From NCBI GenBank assembly GCA_030704615.1, contig CM060734.1, positions 23,064,001 through 23,128,000 of the forward strand: a stretch of DNA of 64,000 nucleotides, written 5' to 3'. The position numbers and the translations under genes are program-made. Source of the DNA: Takakia lepidozioides. Lineage: Eukaryota; Plantae; Bryophyta. This document shows positions 61,790 to 64,000 of the stretch, piece by piece (the first letter of the stretch is position 1; every line of letters begins with the position of its first letter). A model generated the notes under the pieces. It saw nothing but the letters and a program-made list of their open reading frames with translations. It was not told the origin of the DNA and ran no database searches.

Positions 61790-64000
61790 TCAATTCCTTC
61801 TACTGCATCGACGGCAGGACGAAGAAGATCCTAATCATAATGCTCCGATGGGTTGAAAATCCGGGTCACCTTCGATTTCACCACCGTTGCCATGATCAAT
61901 GCTGGAATCGTCCTCCCTATCCGACCTCATATGTCCTGGCATTTGAATCTGCAAGCGACCTCGAACCACATTTAGTTCTCTCTGAGGTCGACTCCCGCTT
62001 CGGTCTTGAATACCATCTACGGTATCTGGCCTGTTTGTGGGCCGATCGCCTACAAAAGGTTGGACTGTTCTCTGTCGTTTATGGACTTGGGATGCAATCG
62101 AAGGTGGTCTCGAAAGAGGTACCGGAGGGGGGACTGCCCGAGATGGACCGACATTAGATGGTCCGGCATGTCAGGAACCACGGGTCTGCTACGCAACACG
62201 TCGGTTAAGGTGGAATTGTAGTGGCAGGTTGTCATCATCCGAGGCTTCAACTTCCGCTCGGTCCAATGCATCTGAATGATGCATGCGTGTGGAAAACAGA
62301 TCAACCCTGTTGCTCCTTAATGCCCGCTGTGTTGATGGGGAGCTGATCGGTTTTGGCATTGTGGTAGAGCTGGTCGTATCGGTGAGGCATGATCCCGTCC
62401 CGTCGACTGTACAATGGGTTTGACACCATCATTTGTATGAACAGGGTTGCGTACGTCGATCAGTCCTGAGAGTACATCACCCCTAAGCTTCATTGTGGCA
62501 CTACCGGTGGCTTCAGCGTGTAGTGGGGGGGCGAGGATCGACCCCAACTTCATTTTGAGGACCATGTTCTGGGGATGACACAATTGCAGCTTCACCTTCA
62601 TCTGCGATACGCACTTCTTCAAGAAGGTCATCAAAGGTCGGCTGGATATAAGCATCATCCTCTGTGAATGTAAACGGGTCATACGCATTTTCGGGAGCAT
62701 CATCGGATCCATCTTCACTATCAGAGGCAGATGATTCCCTCTGAGATGATTCTCTCTAAGGCTCAGTATCGTCACTCATCGAATCAGCCTCAGAAGCAGA
62801 GTCTTCGGAATGCAAATTCCTCTCATATCATGCTGCAGCATCATCCGCTGCCCTCTCACGTAGCAGTCGGCAATTGGTATACACATATACCAATTTATCA
62901 GCCCTCGCGGGATTCAACCTGTAGCGAATCTTATTGTGAACAAATGAGTAACTATTCCAATTGCGTTCGCAAGATAAGGCAGAGCACACTTGAACAAGAA
63001 TACGCTTCGCAATGGGAGCCAATGTTCTTGCTCCAGCTCCAATCAGATCCCACCATTCATGTGACAGCATATTGAGCTCTTTTGGATCCGGCATGTCCTC
63101 AAAAGGGTCGCGGCGATCTGAGAAGCATTGGTACTCGGATATAGCTCTCTCTGCATGGTTCGGCGGAGCCAGTCGCATGAGCACTCGCACGAGGCCGGCC
63201 TTGGCATCAGCGTCGTCTCGGAGCATGGTATTGTCGAGCAATAATGGATTGAGAAAAGCCCCCGCATAATGCAAGTCCGTTCGAACCATCGAACAACGGT
63301 CGTAAAATGCATTCTCAGCACTGTCCGCAAGTTCAGGTTCCAAGGAGAAGAGAGGATGCCTCTAGGATTGGACGTGCTTCTCAAGATTTTGTATTAATAA
63401 CCATGCCTTGCCAATTACTGGTTGCTTTCCATCAAACTCCCGCAAGATGATTAACACCGACTCAACCATATAAACAAAGTTTTCACATTTCTTCCATAAA
63501 TCATCGCTGCGAATGTTATTTCAAACTTTTCGACTTTTGACTAATGACTTGGCTTTTCTAGAGTCCCGCAATGTCCGTGTGTACGCATCCCATTGAGGAT
63601 CGATGATGGTGTGCTCCAGACTGCTCTTCACCGTCACCAACCCATCCACCATCAAGAAGTTAGTGGCAAAACGAGTTTCACTTGGATTGCGGAGGCTGTA
63701 TTTGGGTTTGTGCCTCCTATATATTGTCAAAGGGATGTGGTGTGTGCGGATGAACGACACAATAGTCTTCGCTCGCTTGACAAGTTGTTTCACCCACTGT
63801 TCTTTTCCCCAATCTTCAAAAATGAGGTCAAAGATATGAGCAGCACAACCTTGATAGTACATATGGGGATAACGTGCCAACAACATGTCTGCAGTGTTTC
63901 TCATGTTAGCGATATTGTCTGTGCATATTTGCACGATTCTATCACTTCCGACCTGTTCGATGAAGTCCGTCAATAGTTGGCATTGATAACGTCTATCTTT
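61790..64000 (-). pseudogene. hAT transposase, copy 2 (5' part outside window)
   Basis: QICTDN, GCAAH, ETRFAT, EWW and CERNW motifs; collinear with copy 1; contains stops. Confidence 0.9.

Larger units (their letters stand above)
49692..64000 (-). mobile_element. hAT transposon copy 2 with kinase + RING cargo; right end outside window
   Basis: The left terminus CCTAGTTATCA matches the copy 1 terminus CCCGGTTATCA. Same TGACG subterminal motifs and GCGACCGCC arrays. Transposase at 61790 to >64000. Confidence 0.75.

Noticed and set aside
288-63976. Many antisense and alternative-frame ORFs in the ORF track
   Set aside because: They are shadows of transposase/LINE ORFs or translations of repeat arrays.

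Overview
Repeat-rich eukaryotic DNA from a land plant, probably a non-seed plant (inferred from the gene and TE families, not established). The only intact host gene is a 7-exon SKIP35-type ankyrin-repeat gene (8136-25438, +). Three of its introns are inflated by copies of a microsatellite-associated APE/RT LINE, and one of these copies has a twin-priming-type 5' inversion. The rest of the window is nested transposons. There are three copies of a Mutator-like element whose transposase has a GCM-like zinc domain, a DDE core and a SWIM finger; one copy is inserted antisense into another, making a large inverted repeat. There are also piggyBac-like MITEs, a Dualen/RandI-like LINE relic, Ty3/Gypsy remnants, a two-exon TEBICHI/POLQ fragment and two copies of a hAT element with arrays of GCGACCGCC-N6-GGCGGTCGC palindromes. 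The best candidate for a new system is the second hAT (49692 to beyond 64000). Between its left TIR/repeat array and its transposase it carries two convergent, intronless cargo genes, a protein kinase and a coiled-coil RING-H2 protein, separated by a ~530-bp fold-back. Both cargo genes carry a few disabling lesions in this copy.
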